A stretch of 8,044 nt of DNA from Fonticula alba ATCC 38817 (lineage: Eukaryota > Protista > Nucleariida), in NCBI GenBank assembly GCA_000388065.2, contig KB932207.1; one strand, written 5' to 3'. The notes beneath the pieces were generated by a model. It worked only from the letters and a program-made list of their open reading frames with translations, made no database searches and had not been told where the DNA came from. The number at the start of each line of letters is the position of its first letter. Within the stretch, counting starts at the first letter, position 1. This document shows, in pieces, positions 5,705-8,044 of this stretch. The position numbers and the translations under genes are program-made.

Positions 5705-6829
5705 ATGAGCGTCTCCCCAGCCACGCCCCGCCCCCAGCCACGTCTGGAGCCGCAGCCTCCCCGGGCGGCGGAGGGGATACAGCTTGCCTTGCCGGACATG
5801 TCGCGCTCGTGTAGCCTGTGCGAATGCTCGCCCCTTCGCGCCACAAACGCCATCCGCCTGCCTAACTCCCCTCCCTCGGTCTCTCCCCCGCGGCTTCCTT
5901 CCTGCTGCTGAGCAGGCGTGTGCCAGACCTTTTTACCCCAGGCGCCGATCTTCACAACTTGACCGCCGCCGCCGCCGCCGCCACCGACACCTCCCAGTCT
6001 AAGGCGTCCGACACTGCCAGCCCCTCCCGGTCGGAGGCTGCCACCTCGGTCTTCCAGTCTCCGGAGAAGTTGTCGCAGCTTCGCTTCAAGGTACCCTCCA
6101 GGGCTGTGGCACCCGACAGCCACACGGCATCCTCCGGCATGCTGTCTCCCCATTTTGTCGCCCCCCCCCCCCCCAGCTGACTCGGCTCTCACCCCCTCAC
6201 AGCGCGCTTGGGGTCTGGTTCGCGACTCGGCCTTCCAACTCCCGGTCCAGTTCCTCCTGGTGTGGTTCACGGTCAACAGCGTGTCTCTCTTCCAAATTGT
6301 CCTCCTCATCGGCCTCCTTCGCAGTCCGATCCTCGGTGTGCTGAATGCCCCGAAGCGTGCGCCCGTCACTCCCATTGCCCGCGCCCCCCTCTCCCCCCTT
6401 CTTGCGGTCTGTGGCTGCCAGCCGGGGGACCCCCACGCCTCTGACCCCCTTCTCCTCGTCCTCCCCCTGCCCCCCCCCCCTCCCCTTCCGCCCCTTCCTG
6501 CCCTCCCCTCCCCCTGGGACGGTCCTCGCCATCCGAGCGCAGTTTTCTCAGACATCTTCCGCGCACCGACCACCCCGCAGGATACCAAGCAGGGCTCTGC
6601 CCCGGCCTCGAACGCCGCCCCGGCCCCCGTCGACAATTACCTCCTCCCACTGACGGCATACATTTTCCTGCAAATGCTCTCCCTCGGCTTCTGCCTGTTG
6701 AAGATCCACAAACTCGGGCTCCTGCCAACCAGTGCCAGCGACTGGCTGCAGGCTGCTATGCCCCTTGCCCGGACGGATGCCCTCGGGCCCCAGGGCCTTG
6801 TGTTCGGCTTCGGGGCAGGTCGCTCCTAG
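5705..6829 (+). CDS. EMC4: ER membrane protein complex subunit 4; join(5705-5817, 5916-6090, 6203-6356, 6543-6829), 242 aa
   Basis: Spliced product contains KLSQLRFK|RAWGLVRDSAFQLPVQFLLVWFTVNSVSLFQ...RSPILGVLNAPKLF and YIFLQMLSLGFCLLKIHKLGLLPTSASDWL, matching human [31 protein letters not shown]...PIQALMAISATF and YKCQSMGLLPTHASDWL. Exon lengths sum to 729 nt with compatible phases. Exon 1 and the start (5705 vs 5798) are less certain than exons 2-4. Confidence 0.92.
5818..5915 (+). other. EMC4 intron 1 (98 nt, phase 2)
   Basis: GTGCGA donor, CTAAC at 5862-5866, pyrimidine tract, GAGCAG acceptor; removes the in-frame TAA at 5863. Other phase-compatible GT sites exist at 5800 and 5809. Confidence 0.6.
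6091..6202 (+). other. EMC4 intron 2 (112 nt, phase 0)
   Basis: AAG|GTACCC donor, CTGAC at 6177-6181, CACAG acceptor; the join restores the conserved K-x-A-W motif. Confidence 0.8.
6357..6542 (+). other. EMC4 intron 3 (186 nt, phase 1)
   Basis: GTGCGC donor, CTGAC at 6441-6445, long C-rich tract, GCAG acceptor; the join places Phe 11 residues after the conserved Pro, as in homologues. Confidence 0.8.
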
Positions 6830-6854
6830 AGGCATGCCCCCCCCCCCCCCCCCC

Positions 6855-6864
6855 NNNNNNNNNN
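6855..6864. other. Assembly gap (10 N placeholder)
   Basis: N run between a C run and G runs. Confidence 0.98.
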
Positions 6865-7374
6865 GGCGGGGGAGGGCGGAAGGGGGGGGGGGGCATACGA
6901 CTTCGCGGGTTTCGGCGCTCGGCCGGGAGCCTCTCCCTGTTGCGAGGGGCCCCCCAACAGCTGGCGCGAGGGCGCGGGGCCGAGCCCGGGCGGGCGGGCG
7001 AGCGGGCGGGCGGGGGGCCAAATTCCAGGGGTGGAATGGTGCGGGCTCCTGGGTGCGACGGAAAAGCAGCCGCCCCCGCATCAAGGAGCAGCATGGCAGC
7101 CTGTCCTGCCGATGGGTCTCTCAAGGGGCCGGAGACCGGAGGCCGGGCGGCCGACCGGGCAAGGACACCGCCCCTTTAGGGCTGACGGGAATGTGTGCGC
7201 CGGCCGAGGGCGCGCTGCGATGCCGGGTGGCCCCGGCGCGATCCGGGCGCAGGCGGGAGCGGGCGCGGGGCGGGAACGAAACGTGGGTGCGACCCCCCCC
7301 CCCCGGCAACGGCAGACGCCCAAGGTGCGAGATGTTCCCACCGACAAGGATCCCGAGTCGGACGCCGGTGGAGG

Positions 7375-7829
7375 CGGGGGCAGGGCACGAGCAAGGGCCG
7401 AGGGGCGTGAGAGCAGGGCGTGTGCATCTTTGTCAGCGGTCGGGACCTCCGCGCGACTGCCCGACGCGTGAGAGTCCTCTTGTCATGGGTCTGCCTTCGG
7501 GGGGGGGGGGACACGCGCATTCCCTCGGGAGACCCTCCGCGGAGGAGGTTCCACTGACTTACATGCTGTCCGCTGGCCCCGACTCGCCCCGCCCCGCCCC
7601 CCGGGGGCAGGGCACGAGCAAGGGCCGAGGGGCGTGAGAGCAGGGCGTGTGCATCTTTGTCAGCGGTCGGGACCTCCGCGCGACTGCCCGACGCGTGAGA
7701 GTCCTCTTGTCATGGGTCTGCCTTCGGGGGGGGGGGGACACGCGCATTCCCTCGGGAGACCCTCCGCGGAGGAGGTTCCACTGACTTACATGCTGTCCGC
7801 TGGCCCCGACTCGCCCCGCCCCGCCCCCC
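7375..7829 (+). repeat. Exact direct tandem duplication, period 227 bp, two copies
   Basis: 7375-7602 equals 7602-7829, including the internal G12 run (7499-7510 and 7726-7737); the junction lies in CCCCCC/GGGGG. Confidence 0.95.
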
Positions 7830-7915
7830 CGGTCCTTGAGAAGAAAGCCAGGCGCGGGGAAGATATGCGTGTGCTCCTTCGCGGGAGCCACCTCCTGGCG
7901 GTGGAGATCTGGCAT
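7790..7915 (-). CDS. Putative first coding exon (42 codons) with a PIH1-domain-like N-terminal motif
   Basis: MPDLHRQEVAPAKEHTHIFPAPGFLLKD...QH ends at a consensus GTAAGT donor (7789). EHTHIFPAPGFLLK resembles human PIH1D1 ESTQIQPQPGFCIK. No convincing downstream exon. Confidence 0.25.
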
Positions 7916-8006
7916 GCGCCCGGCCCTTCTTTGACGGAGCCCCGGTGTCTGTTGGGCGAATGGGGGGCTCGCGCCGCCCTCCGCCCCCCCCCCCCCCCCC
8001 CCCCCA

Positions 8007-8044
8007 CCCCCGGCGGGGGGGGAGGGCGCGCGGGCCTGGCGGGG
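8007..8044 (+). repeat. 38-nt terminal sequence identical to 1575-1612
   Basis: Exact match running to the last base of the window. Confidence 0.95.

Noticed and set aside
7557-7789. ACTTAC motifs resembling the U1 snRNA 5' end
   Set aside because: They are simply the reverse complement of GTAAGT donors; no U1 stem-loops follow.
1-8044. CRISPR array, transposon or viral element
   Set aside because: No regularly spaced repeat-spacer units, terminal inverted repeats with target-site duplications, LTRs, or transposase/RT/integrase motifs were seen.

Overview
GC-rich, intron-containing eukaryotic genomic DNA, probably from a protist. The poly-C introns and Ala/Ser/Pro-rich proteins are reminiscent of Fonticula-type genomes, but this is not verifiable here. 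The window is five contigs joined by four 10-N placeholder gaps, so true distances and order across gaps are unknown. Well supported: two identical tRNA-Ala(CGC) genes on the minus strand (143-214, 2767-2838); a myotrophin/V-1 gene (+, 5'UTR intron, coding exon 1249-1519, last exon not visible); a minus-strand gene with a 618-codon exon encoding a long Ser/Pro/Ala-rich disordered region followed by ankyrin-like repeats (4774-2921, 3' part not visible); a complete 4-exon EMC4 gene (+, 5705-6829, 242 aa); and an exact 227-bp tandem duplication (7375-7829). The last 38 nt of the window are identical to the first 38 nt after the first gap, suggesting a scaffolding problem or local repeat. No CRISPR array, transposase or clearly new multi-gene system is supported. 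The best speculative leads are a structured RNA candidate with a Y-RNA-like bulged helix next to the first tRNA, a small spliced ORF with a duplicated PGGWGGA (GW/WG) motif head-to-head with EMC4, and an unusual splice-signal dialect.
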